64,000 nucleotides of DNA, taken from positions 5,102-69,101 of the forward strand of contig CAZXUC010000016.1 in the NCBI GenBank assembly GCA_964643795.1. The letters run 5' to 3'. Both the position numbers and the translations under genes were made by a program. Shown here piece by piece: positions 53,455 to 62,128 of the stretch. The stretch comes from an uncultured Halobacteriales archaeon (lineage in GTDB: Archaea; Thermoplasmatota; E2; JACPAO01; JAHFTW01). Positions within the stretch are counted from its first letter, which is position 1; each line of letters opens with the position of its first letter. The notes beneath the pieces were generated by a model, which worked only from the letters and a program-made list of their open reading frames with translations, was not told where the DNA came from and did not search any database.

Positions 53455-53482
53455 CCGGAAAACGGCCCACCGGAAAACGGCC
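53455..53482. promoter_or_regulatory. 13-bp direct repeat, operator-like, in the divergent intergenic region
   Basis: CCGGAAAACGGCC at 53455-53467 and 53470-53482. Confidence 0.45.
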
Positions 53483-53522
53483 TGGGTGTTCACGCTCGCT
53501 CCCACTCGAACAACACCCTGAC

Positions 53523-53531
53523 ACCTTTATC
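53523..53531 (+). promoter_or_regulatory. TATA-like promoter of the aminotransferase gene
   Basis: ACCTTTATC ending 24 nt before GTG 53555. Confidence 0.55.
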
Positions 53532-53554
53532 GCCGCGCGTCGGCTGATGGCGTT

Positions 53555-54700
53555 GTGCCCTTCGACCCGGACGACAACCTATTCCTGCTCCCCGGCCCCG
53601 TGAAGATGCACCCTCGCGTCTTGCGCGCCTTGTCGCACCCCGCCGGTTCCCACCGCGGCCCGGAGTTTTCGCAGGTCGTGCAAAAGCTCGAATCCGGCCT
53701 CAAGGAAATCATGCAAGCTCCGCACGTCGCTCTCATGACTGGTTCCGGAACGGCGGGCATGGAGGCGGCCATCTCGAACCTCGTGCACTGGGGCGACCGC
53801 GCCATCGCCATCGACAACGGCAACTTCGGCGGCCGCATGGGAAAACTGGTGCAACGCTACGCCCACGACAAGGCCATCGTCATCCAATCGCCCTGGGGAC
53901 AACCCGCAGACCTTGCCGCCCTCGCCACTGAACTTGAGAAGGGGAACACGACGGCCGTCGCCTTCACGCTCAACGAGACTTCGACCGGCGTCATGAACCA
54001 AGGCCACGACATCGCGAAGTTGTGCCGCAAGCATGACGCCCTGTGCATTGCTGATACCATCACCGCAACCGGGGCCGTCCCGGTGCCAATGCAGGAGTGG
54101 GGGCTGGATGTCAGCATCGTCGGCTCGCAGAAATGCCTCGGCGGGCCGAGCGGTTTGGTCTTCGTCGGCGTCTCCGACCGGGCCATGGAGCGGCTGGATT
54201 CCCCGAGCTTGTATCTTGACTTACGCAAGCACATCGAGAAGCAGGAGAAGGAACAGCAGACCCCGTTCACGCCGGCCGTGCCGCTTTTTCCTGCGTGCCT
54301 AGAAGCCGTTGCAATGGTCTTGGAGGATGGCCTGGAGAAGCGGTTTGCTCGCGTGCGTCGGCTGGCCGAGGGTTGCCGCCACGCCGCGGACGCAGCCGGA
54401 CTCGAACTTGCCGCCGCGCCCGGGGCACGCAGCGACACGGTGACCGCTATCCGCTATCCCGCAGGCATCGACGACAAGCAGATTCGAGGAGCCCTCAAGG
54501 ACCGCTTCAACGTAGTCGTCGCCGGCGGACAAGAGGCGTGGAAAGGCAAAGTGTTCCGCATCGGCCACATGGGGACCGTCAGTTGGACGGAACTCGCGGG
54601 GTGCTGGGCCGCAGTGGAAGCGTGCTTCAAAGTGGCCGGAAAAGCGCTTCCGCCCGGGGCGGCTACAGCTGCCCTCATTCCGTACGCCTACGAATCGTAG
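53555..54700 (+). CDS. class V PLP-dependent aminotransferase (serine-pyruvate/alanine-glyoxylate type)
   Basis: LLPGPVK, HRGPEF, GSGTAGMEAA, NETSTG, IADTIT, GSQKCLGGPSG (PLP lysine), PFTP, FRIGHMG. Confidence 0.93.
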   Translation: MPFDPDDNLFLLPGPVKMHPRVLRALSHPAGSHRGPEFSQVVQKLESGLKEIMQAPHVALMTGSGTAGMEAAISNLVHWGDRAIAIDNGNFGGRMGKLVQRYAHDKAIVIQSPWGQPADLAALATELEKGNTTAVAFTLNETSTGVMNQGHDIAKLCRKHDALCIADTITATGAVPVPMQEWGLDVSIVGSQKCLGGPSGLVFVGVSDRAMERLDSPSLYLDLRKHIEKQEKEQQTPFTPAVPLFPACLEAVAMVLEDGLEKRFARVRRLAEGCRHAADAAGLELAAAPGARSDTVTAIRYPAGIDDKQIRGALKDRFNVVVAGGQEAWKGKVFRIGHMGTVSWTELAGCWAAVEACFKVAGKALPPGAATAALIPYAYES

Positions 54701-54764
54701 CGCGCCGGCCAGCGCAGTCGGTCAGGCGAAAGGCCAAGACCACGCGCGCGGTCGACTGGACGCC

Positions 54765-55913
54765 GTGCCGACCCTGAACCGAATCGCCACAAGCCTCCCC
54801 ACCCATCGGCTACGCCAAGCGGACCTGCGCAGCATTACGGCGGCGGCGATGCCGGACCGCCCGGGCAAGGAACAGGTCCTGCAGATGTTCGACAACGCGC
54901 GCATCAATGGACGCAACCTCGCAATGCCCGTGGAATGGTACCTTGCCTCGCATGGGTTTGCAGAGCGCAACGATGCATACCTCGCGGTCGGGATGGAGCT
55001 CGTGGAGGACGCCGCACGCCAAGCCTGCGCCAGTGCAGGAATCGAGCCGAGGGAATTGACGGGCGTGTTGTTCGTGTCAACGACGGGACTCGCGACGCCC
55101 AGCATCGAAGTTCGCCTCGCCAATCGGCTTAGTCTTTCGCCGGACCTCTTGCGAGTCCCAATCTGGGGCCTAGGATGCGCAGGCGGAGTCGCCGGCATCG
55201 CGCGCGCCGCGGACCTGGCCCGTGCCTACCCGACAGGGCATTTCCTCGTCGTGGCCCTAGAATTGTGTAGTCTATCCTTCGACATTGGGTCCGCGTTGGC
55301 TGACGGCGGCGCTGTGTTCGACAAGAAGACCATGGCCTCGGCGAGCCTGTTCTCCGACGGGTGCGCCGCCCTAGTCGTCTCCGGCGACGAGGCGAAGCGC
55401 TCGGCTGGGGGCACGGGGAGCGCGGTGGGCGCGGGGGGCGCAATGGGCGCAGTGGGCACGGGGCGACGCGGCACGGGCGCTGACCAGCTGCGCCTCATCG
55501 GGACGGCAAGCCACCTCTGGCCCGACACGGAACGCGTCATGGGTTGGGACGTGCGCGACACCAACCTCGACGTCGTACTCTCGCCACGGATTCCAGACAT
55601 CGTGCGCGAACACATGCCAGCCCTCGCGGCGAAATTCCTTGCGTCCCACCAGACCGAGAAGCCCGACCACTGGCTGCTCCACCCTGGAGGCGCGAAAGTC
55701 GTCGATGCATTCCGCGAAGCGTTGGGGCTGTCCGTTGAAGACCTCGATGCCACCAGTGCCGTACTCTTGGAGCACGGCAATATGTCAAGCCCGACGGTCC
55801 TGTTCGTCTTGGACCGCGCCTGGGAAAGCATCGGCACGGGTGAGCGTGCGTTCCTGGCGGCACTTGGGCCGGGATTCTGCGCTGAACTTGCCCTCGTGGA
55901 GCGGCCGGCTTGA
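54765..55913 (+). CDS. type III polyketide synthase (chalcone/stilbene synthase family, BpsA/SrsA-like)
   Basis: Catalytic triad motifs WGLGCAGG (Cys), LHPGGAKV (His), HGNMSSPTVL (Asn). Also STTGLATPS, LELCSL, LFSDG, ALGPGF. Confidence 0.93.
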   Translation: MPTLNRIATSLPTHRLRQADLRSITAAAMPDRPGKEQVLQMFDNARINGRNLAMPVEWYLASHGFAERNDAYLAVGMELVEDAARQACASAGIEPRELTGVLFVSTTGLATPSIEVRLANRLSLSPDLLRVPIWGLGCAGGVAGIARAADLARAYPTGHFLVVALELCSLSFDIGSALADGGAVFDKKTMASASLFSDGCAALVVSGDEAKRSAGGTGSAVGAGGAMGAVGTGRRGTGADQLRLIGTASHLWPDTERVMGWDVRDTNLDVVLSPRIPDIVREHMPALAAKFLASHQTEKPDHWLLHPGGAKVVDAFREALGLSVEDLDATSAVLLEHGNMSSPTVLFVLDRAWESIGTGERAFLAALGPGFCAELALVERPA

Positions 55914-56443
55914 CGTCGCCACTATTCTGGTCGATATGGATCGGCTTCGTCCTGCTGCGCGCAGGTGAATTGTGGCTTGACCGCCGCAACGTCGCGTGGC
56001 TACTTGCTCGAGGCGGCAAGCTGCTCCGGGATGATGGGTACGGCTTGCTTGTCTTCGTGCACGCTGCATGGCTGCTAGGTTTGGCCGTGGAGGCCGTCCT
56101 GGCGCCGTGGCCGCCATTCGGATTGTGGAGCGTGCTGGGCTTCGCACTTCTCGCCGTCGGAACGGGTTTGCGCTACGCCTCGATGCTGCAACTCGGTCGC
56201 CGTTGGACGGCGCGCGTCGTGGTCCTGCCCACGGCTCCACTCGTGACCGGCGGGCCCTACCGGTTCATGCGCCATCCCATCTACGTTGGCGTCACCCTGG
56301 AACTCGTCGGCCTTCCCCTCGCCTTCGGATTGTGGGGGACTCTGGCCGTCGTCTTGCCGCTCAACGCCATCGCTCTGGCGCGCCGCATCCGACGAGAAAA
56401 CGCCGCACTGGGTCGGCTGCCGCCAACCAAGGCGAACGACTAA
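55910..56443 (+). CDS. isoprenylcysteine carboxyl methyltransferase (ICMT) family protein, BpsB/SrsB-like
   Basis: LRAGEL...RN...LLARGG, VHAAWL, LGRRWTARV, GGPYRFMRHPIYVGVTLE, RIRRENAAL. TTGA overlap with the PKS stop. Confidence 0.9.
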   Translation: MTSPLFWSIWIGFVLLRAGELWLDRRNVAWLLARGGKLLRDDGYGLLVFVHAAWLLGLAVEAVLAPWPPFGLWSVLGFALLAVGTGLRYASMLQLGRRWTARVVVLPTAPLVTGGPYRFMRHPIYVGVTLELVGLPLAFGLWGTLAVVLPLNAIALARRIRRENAALGRLPPTKAND

Positions 56444-56469
56444 TAGCCGCTGCGACGGCTGGGCAAGCG

Positions 56470-57435
56470 ATGGATCGACGCGACGCCGAGACAGCCCTGC
56501 GCCTCGCCCGGCAATGGACCCGCGAGAAACTGATGCCGACGTCCAGCCTTGCAGTCCTCGAGAAGCGCCATGCCGCCGATGCCGGGCGAGAAGGCGGCGA
56601 ATCGTTCGGTTCCTCCGTGCTCTACGGGCTTGGCGGCGTCCTGCTGGGGGCTGCAGCCTTTGCATTGTTCTTCTTGCTGATGGACAACGGGTACATCACG
56701 AGCCAGGACGGCGACCGGGAAGCGCCTTGGATTTTCCTGACGTGGGGACTCGCGTGCGCCGCCGTAGCGTTCACCATCGACTTCGTTGCCAAGCGGCCGA
56801 CGTTGGGGGAGTCCTTCCACGTGGCGGCACTCGTCGCGGTCACGGCTTCGGCGTTCCCGCGGCCGCACGACTTGGCGCTCGGCCACATGGCGATGCTCTA
56901 CGCAGTGGGCATCCTGGCGTACCGGCGGCAACGCTTCATGGTGCCCTTCCTCGCGCTGGTCGCCCTCAACGTGGCTTGGACTTCCGTCATGGAGAGCGCC
57001 TTCTGGCCACTACGCTCCGAAGAGGCCGCGTTCGGCGCATGGTTCGTCTTCGCCATCGCGCAGATGGGTCTGTTGATCGTCGCGACCCGCTCGACGAAGT
57101 GGCCCTGGCCTGCAACAAGCCTGGGCGGCGTGACCCTACTGGTCGCGGGCTCGTTCCTTGCATGGTACTTTGAAGTCATCGCTGAGCAGACGAATGGCTT
57201 CCCCGGGGACGTCGAAATCTACCTCGCCGCACTCATGGGCGCCGTCATGGCGCTCGGCTTCGTGCTGCGCCAAAAAAGCATGGTGTTGGCGTGCGCTCTC
57301 GTCATCGCCATCGACGCCATCGTCTTCGCCTTCGATGTCGGCGACCTCGTGGGCGGCCTGCTCGCCATCCTGGCCGTCGCGGGCCTACTCATCTGGCAGG
57401 CGGGATTCCTGCGCCGGTACCTGCGCGAATCATGA
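56470..57435 (+). CDS. polytopic membrane protein, DUF2157-like
   Basis: ATG 56470. W...L......L..R..A... then LYGLGGVLLGAAAF and about 9 TMs. Confidence 0.75.
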   Translation: MDRRDAETALRLARQWTREKLMPTSSLAVLEKRHAADAGREGGESFGSSVLYGLGGVLLGAAAFALFFLLMDNGYITSQDGDREAPWIFLTWGLACAAVAFTIDFVAKRPTLGESFHVAALVAVTASAFPRPHDLALGHMAMLYAVGILAYRRQRFMVPFLALVALNVAWTSVMESAFWPLRSEEAAFGAWFVFAIAQMGLLIVATRSTKWPWPATSLGGVTLLVAGSFLAWYFEVIAEQTNGFPGDVEIYLAALMGAVMALGFVLRQKSMVLACALVIAIDAIVFAFDVGDLVGGLLAILAVAGLLIWQAGFLRRYLRES

Positions 57436-58340
57436 CCTGGATTCTTGCCGGAAGTCGCCAGCCGACACGCCTTCAACCCCCGGCCGCCATGGCGGGTCCC
57501 ATGCGGAGGCTTGGCTGCCTGGTCATCGCCGACGAGATCCTCGGCGGCCACGTCCACGAATCGAACTCGCATTGGCTGGCGCAGCAAGTCAAGCCGCTCG
57601 GCATCAAGTTCGCGCGCGTCGAAGTGTGCAGCGACGACTTGCCAGACATCGAGGCCTCCGTCAAGCGCTTCCTGCACGACCTCGACCTCGACTATGTCGT
57701 GACTTCAGGCGGACTCGGCCCCACGCCGGACGACCGGACGATGGAGGGACTCGCAAAGGCCCTCGGCAAACCACTCGCCCTCCGGCCAGAGCACAAGGCA
57801 TGGATGGAGGAGCGCACGCAAGTCGGCCACCAGATGGGCTATTTCGATTCCGACAAACCAAATGACGGACTCATGAAAATGTGTTGGCTTCCCGAAGGTG
57901 CGGAGGCGATGCCCAACCCGCTCGGCACGGCTCTCGGCGCCATCGTGATCGCGGGGCCGAAGCCCACGACCTTGTTCACGCTTCCCGGAGTCCCCGCGGA
58001 ATTCTACCGGATGTTCGACCAATCCGTCCGCCCTCGCCTCGCTGCGGGCGAGCCAATCCACACGGAGGAACTCGTGCTCTTCGCCGAGGAGTCGCGATTC
58101 TTCCCCGTCCTGACACGCCTCGAGAAGGAATACCCCGACGTCGTGCTTGGCAGTTATCCTGAACGCGGCCAGATTCGCATCCGCGCGACGGGGCCGAAGG
58201 CGCACGCCGTCGAACTCATGGGAAAAATGCGTGCCGAGACCAAGCAGTACCAGGTTCCGCAGGGTCGCTTCAGGGGCGCCGCGTCGATGCCGCATGGCGA
58301 AGCCGCCTCCGGGTTGCCGGCGCCCAAGCCACCGCGCTGA
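57432..58340 (+). CDS. molybdopterin-binding / CinA-like (competence/damage-inducible) protein
   Basis: LVIADEILGGHVHESNSHWLA, VCSDD, VTSGGLGPTPDDRT, PNPLGTA, LPGVPAEF, GSYP. Start at 57432 (ATGA overlap) or 57501. Confidence 0.87.
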   Translation: MTWILAGSRQPTRLQPPAAMAGPMRRLGCLVIADEILGGHVHESNSHWLAQQVKPLGIKFARVEVCSDDLPDIEASVKRFLHDLDLDYVVTSGGLGPTPDDRTMEGLAKALGKPLALRPEHKAWMEERTQVGHQMGYFDSDKPNDGLMKMCWLPEGAEAMPNPLGTALGAIVIAGPKPTTLFTLPGVPAEFYRMFDQSVRPRLAAGEPIHTEELVLFAEESRFFPVLTRLEKEYPDVVLGSYPERGQIRIRATGPKAHAVELMGKMRAETKQYQVPQGRFRGAASMPHGEAASGLPAPKPPR

Positions 58341-58363
58341 GGTTTGCAGGGCGGCCAACGTGT

Positions 58364-58665
58364 GGGAGGCCTGGGATTGCACAGATTCACACAGAACTGT
58401 TGCCTCAGCCGGCTTCGGCCTTCACGCGGAGGGCGCGGAACAACGCGGAACTAGATTCCGCGGGTTTCCGCGTTCTCCGCGTGACCGGCATGGTGCCCGG
58501 CGCGTCGAGGTCGAGACTCTGTGAACATCTGTGAAATCCCAAGCCTCCCAGACCGAGCCGCGGCCGGGTACCGGAGGTCTGGGATTACACGGATTTACAC
58601 AGAAGCGATTCCTCGTCCGGCCAGACATGACAAATCTGTGAATGTCTGTGAAATCCCAAGCCTCC
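58364..58665. repeat. cluster of nested imperfect inverted repeats (REP-like)
   Basis: Outer IR 58364-58395/58518-58549 (32 bp). Inner IR 58422-58450/58456-58484 (29 bp, 5-nt loop). Second IR 58573-58603/58635-58665 (31 bp), homologous to the outer pair. Confidence 0.9.
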
Positions 58666-58717
58666 AGGTCCCCGCGTGCCGGCCCGACGAGCGGCGCAAG
58701 TCATCGCTTGGCGCGAC

Positions 58718-59557
58718 TCAATTGAGCTCGTCCGATTCGTCCTTGCCTTCTTCGCGGTCGCCGGATAGGAACGTATCGTATTCCGGGGTCACGTCTTCGG
58801 ACTCGCCGACGGCGCCCTGCACGAGGCGGTAGAGGTCGTCCAATCCGCTTGCCTCGAGGGAACTGATGGCGACCAAGTTGCGTTCGACGTGCAGCGTGTC
58901 GAGGAGGCGACTGACTTGTGCGGCGAACTCCTGCACCATGCCGGGCGATTCCGTCAAGATGTCATGCTCGAGGGCTTCGGGGTCTGCGGCCCACGACTTG
59001 ATGGTCTCCACGGAGTCAGGATCGATGCGGTCGGCCTTGGAGAGGAGGAACATCATTGGTTCCTGGAAGCGGAACGCCGTAGTTGCGCCAAGCAGGAGTT
59101 GGCTCGCGAAGCCTGAGGCCGTGCGGGCGAGGAACGGGTCGAGCAGATACGCCACGACGCTCCTGCCGGGGTTCAACGTGGAGACAATGTGCTTGCCGGA
59201 TTGGCGGAAGACGAAGAGCTCGATCTGCCCCGGCGTATCGACGAGCACCTGGTCGGCGCGGAACGTTTCAATCTCGTTCTTGACCTCATCGAGGTTCAAC
59301 GCAATCATGTCCGCGGCCGCAATTTGAGCACCATTTGGTCCGAGGCCGTTCTCTTCCATGATTTCGTCGATGCGCACCCAATCGCGGATGTCCACGTCGG
59401 GCGTGTACGGAAGTTTCTCTGCGCCCGGGTCCAGATTGACGATGACCGTGCGGATGCCACTCTGCTTCGCCCACCGATCGTAGGCAGCGACCATCGTCGA
59501 TTTCCCCGCGCCTGCCGTTCCGACGAAGTAAATGTGGACCTCTTGTTCCGCCATCAC
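58718..59557 (-). CDS. GPN-loop GTPase (archaeal GPN/PAB0955-like)
   Basis: GTAGAGKST, VNLDPG, DIRDW, LGPNGAQI (GPN), DTPGQIELF, SKAD. GTGATG overlap with the purD stop. Confidence 0.93.
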   Translation of the reverse strand: MMAEQEVHIYFVGTAGAGKSTMVAAYDRWAKQSGIRTVIVNLDPGAEKLPYTPDVDIRDWVRIDEIMEENGLGPNGAQIAAADMIALNLDEVKNEIETFRADQVLVDTPGQIELFVFRQSGKHIVSTLNPGRSVVAYLLDPFLARTASGFASQLLLGATTAFRFQEPMMFLLSKADRIDPDSVETIKSWAADPEALEHDILTESPGMVQEFAAQVSRLLDTLHVERNLVAISSLEASGLDDLYRLVQGAVGESEDVTPEYDTFLSGDREEGKDESDELN

Positions 59558-62025
59558 GGCACCTTGGGCTTAACCCGCTCTGCCCACGGGTTCGCCGGAA
59601 CCTTCGGGGGCTCCGCCGGAGCGCGTTCAGCGGCGGAGGGTGGGGGCGTGGCCGAGATTGTGGGGGTTGGCGGAGTTGGTGGCGTGACCAAGGTTGGCGG
59701 CGTTGGCGGCGTTGAGGGCCTTAGCGGCGTTGGGGGCGAGGCCGGTGCCGGCGGCGTACGTGGCGTTTGCACGACCGGCGCCGTCGCCACGACCGCGGGT
59801 TTCACGGTTGGCATCGATGGGCTTGGAACCGCGCTCGGCGGCGTCGGCGTCAGCGCTTGACCGGTAAGCGCCGTTGATGCCGGCGGGTTGAGCGGCCGCG
59901 TTGCCACGGGCGGCGGCGCTACCTTTGGTTGCGTCGGCATGACGTTGGGCACTGTGGTCGCCGGCTGGGGCGGCGTCGTGGGAATCAGGGGCGTTCGGAC
60001 GAGTGGCGTCGGTGCTGGCGCCGGAGCGGCAGTTGCCGCTCGCTGCGCGTTTGCAGCGCGGAGCGCGGCCATATTCTGCATGCGCTTCGCGATGAGGGCC
60101 GAGCTGCCGATGTCGTGCCGGACATGCAAGCCCTCACCGTGGACGTGGCGCAACGCCGCTTCGCAGACGTCGTTTGCCAGGGCAATCGTGTCGCCTTCTC
60201 CGAGCACGGCAATGGCGCGGCTCGACATCGTGGAAAGCGGACCGCCCGGGTGCTGCTCCACGTGAGCGTAGTAGGCAGTCCCTCCTGCGCGCTTGAGGTT
60301 GAACTCATCGACCTGCACGGTGCGGCCGGCGGTTGGCTTACCTTCACCGTAGCCGTTGGGGACGACGTACTTCACGACGGTCGCCCTGGGTCGGAAGTCG
60401 GCCTTCATTCCCGCGAGCTTCCCGGCCGCCATGGCGTGCAGGATGTCGGCGTAGTTGGAGGCGAGGAGATGGCAGGCGTTGACGGCTTCCGGGTCGCCGA
60501 AGCGTGCGTTGACCTCGATGACTTTCGGCCCCGTCGCCGTGAGCATGAACTGGCCGTAGATTGTGCCGACGTAGGGAGTTCCGTCCTTGCGAAGAGCGTC
60601 GACGATGCCGTGCAGGACACGGAGGGACTCGTCGTAATCGCCGCGCGAGAGGAATGGCAGCAACCCGTCCGCCTGCGAGTAGGAGCCCATTCCGCCGGTG
60701 TTCGGGCCTTGGTCACCCTCGAGCAGGCGCTTATGGTCCTGGATGGCAGGCATCGGCAAGATAGTCGTGCCGTCACAGAACGCCATGACGGTGAACTCCT
60801 CACCGTGCGCCAGCTCCTCGAATTGCAGCGCGCCGCCGCCGACCTTGCCTTCGAAAATGGAAGCGACGTAGGATTTGGCGCCGGCGAGGTCCGTGAAGTG
60901 GTCGCCATAGACTTGCACACCTTTGCCACCCGTGAGCCCGATTGGCTTGATGGCCCACTTGGGCCCATTCTTGTCAAGGAATGCGAGGGCCGCGGATTGG
61001 TTCGTGAAGGGATGGTGGGCGAGGCGCCCCGGCAAGTCGTGGCGCGCCATGAGGTCGCGCATGAATGTCTTGTCAGTCTCGATGCGAGCCGCCGCCTTGC
61101 TTGGGCTTGCGGTCGGAATGCCTGCGGCACGCAGGGCATCCGTGAGGCCTGCCTCCAGCGCGGATTCAGGGCCGACGACGGCCACGCCGACCTTCTGTGC
61201 CCGAGCCCAAGCGACGATTCCAGGAACGTCGCGTTCGTCGAGGAGCCTGAACCCGGTTGCGACCTTGACGATGCCTGGGTTGCGGTGGCGCGGCACGGCG
61301 TAAACCTCGGCGCCGGAACGCACGAGTGCTAAGGCCATCGCGTGTTCGCGTGCACCCGAACCAACGAGGAGAATCTTGGAGCGCTCGCCGCGGTGGGGCG
61401 GGCCTTGCGCATAGCCGGTCGCGGCGCGGTCGCGGGCGTAAACGATTGCATCCGGGTCCGATGCGGGCGCAGGTCGCGGTGAATCGCCCGAGACGAGGCC
61501 TGCGACGGGCGCGCGGCCAGTGTAGACTTCCGTGTCGGACTCGCCGGGCTTGAGCGGACGGGAGGGCATAGGCCCGCCGCTTGCGTAGCCTCCGCCGCCG
61601 CCCGAACCCGTGGCGGCCCGGCCGCCGCCGAGCAAGGGACCTGAACGCGGCGTCGGATCCGTGGACGGCCGGCGCGGTGAACTCGTTACTTCGACATCCT
61701 CGTCGGCATACAGCGGCGCCTTGGGGTCGCGGGGCGCGGAGCCACCGGTTCCATCCGGGTTCCTGGCGCCGATGCCGTCGACGACTTGTCCGGACGGCGT
61801 GGTCCATCCGCCAGCGCCTCCCTTGCTTGGATCGACCCACACTTCGGCGTCTTCCTCGACGCGTCCCGGTCGCTGCTTGCGGTGCTCGTCGCCGGGCGCG
61901 GCGGCAGGAATCGATTCTCGTCCAGGCTTCGTGGGACGCGGGGTTCCGGGCAGCTCTTCGGCGCCGCCGACGACCTTGGGTTTTCCCGGTTGGGTCTCCT
62001 TGGGCTCCTGCGCATCCCCGGCCAT
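59554..62025 (-). CDS. purD: phosphoribosylamine-glycine ligase with long disordered N- and C-terminal extensions (823 aa)
   Basis: KILLVGSGAREHA, VGPES.L, IKPIGLTGGKGV, QDHKRL.EGD.GPNTGGMGSY, EVNARFGDPE. Start 62025 is supported by a TTTTTG box 24 nt upstream. Confidence 0.92.
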   Translation of the reverse strand: MAGDAQEPKETQPGKPKVVGGAEELPGTPRPTKPGRESIPAAAPGDEHRKQRPGRVEEDAEVWVDPSKGGAGGWTTPSGQVVDGIGARNPDGTGGSAPRDPKAPLYADEDVEVTSSPRRPSTDPTPRSGPLLGGGRAATGSGGGGGYASGGPMPSRPLKPGESDTEVYTGRAPVAGLVSGDSPRPAPASDPDAIVYARDRAATGYAQGPPHRGERSKILLVGSGAREHAMALALVRSGAEVYAVPRHRNPGIVKVATGFRLLDERDVPGIVAWARAQKVGVAVVGPESALEAGLTDALRAAGIPTASPSKAAARIETDKTFMRDLMARHDLPGRLAHHPFTNQSAALAFLDKNGPKWAIKPIGLTGGKGVQVYGDHFTDLAGAKSYVASIFEGKVGGGALQFEELAHGEEFTVMAFCDGTTILPMPAIQDHKRLLEGDQGPNTGGMGSYSQADGLLPFLSRGDYDESLRVLHGIVDALRKDGTPYVGTIYGQFMLTATGPKVIEVNARFGDPEAVNACHLLASNYADILHAMAAGKLAGMKADFRPRATVVKYVVPNGYGEGKPTAGRTVQVDEFNLKRAGGTAYYAHVEQHPGGPLSTMSSRAIAVLGEGDTIALANDVCEAALRHVHGEGLHVRHDIGSSALIAKRMQNMAALRAANAQRAATAAPAPAPTPLVRTPLIPTTPPQPATTVPNVMPTQPKVAPPPVATRPLNPPASTALTGQALTPTPPSAVPSPSMPTVKPAVVATAPVVQTPRTPPAPASPPTPLRPSTPPTPPTLVTPPTPPTPTISATPPPSAAERAPAEPPKVPANPWAERVKPKVP

Positions 62026-62047
62026 GGCATGGCGACAGTGAAGGGGG

Positions 62048-62054
62048 TCAAAAA
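62048..62054 (-). promoter_or_regulatory. TATA-like promoter of purD
   Basis: TTTTTGA, with the TTTTTG ending 24 nt before ATG 62025. Confidence 0.5.
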
Positions 62055-62128
62055 CCGCGTCATGCGGAACGGCGTGCTGTGCGCGCCGGTCCGCCAGCTC
62101 CAAATGGTGGATTACTCCTGGTGACACG

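Noticed and set aside
52441-53509. 11-bp direct repeat CTCCCACTCGA on both sides of guaAB
   Set aside because: One copy is constrained coding sequence (VEWE), and an 11-mer match is plausible by chance.
58364-58665. Possible CRISPR array (repeats of about 31-32 bp)
   Set aside because: The copies alternate in orientation (inverted pairs), spacing is irregular and there are no cas genes.
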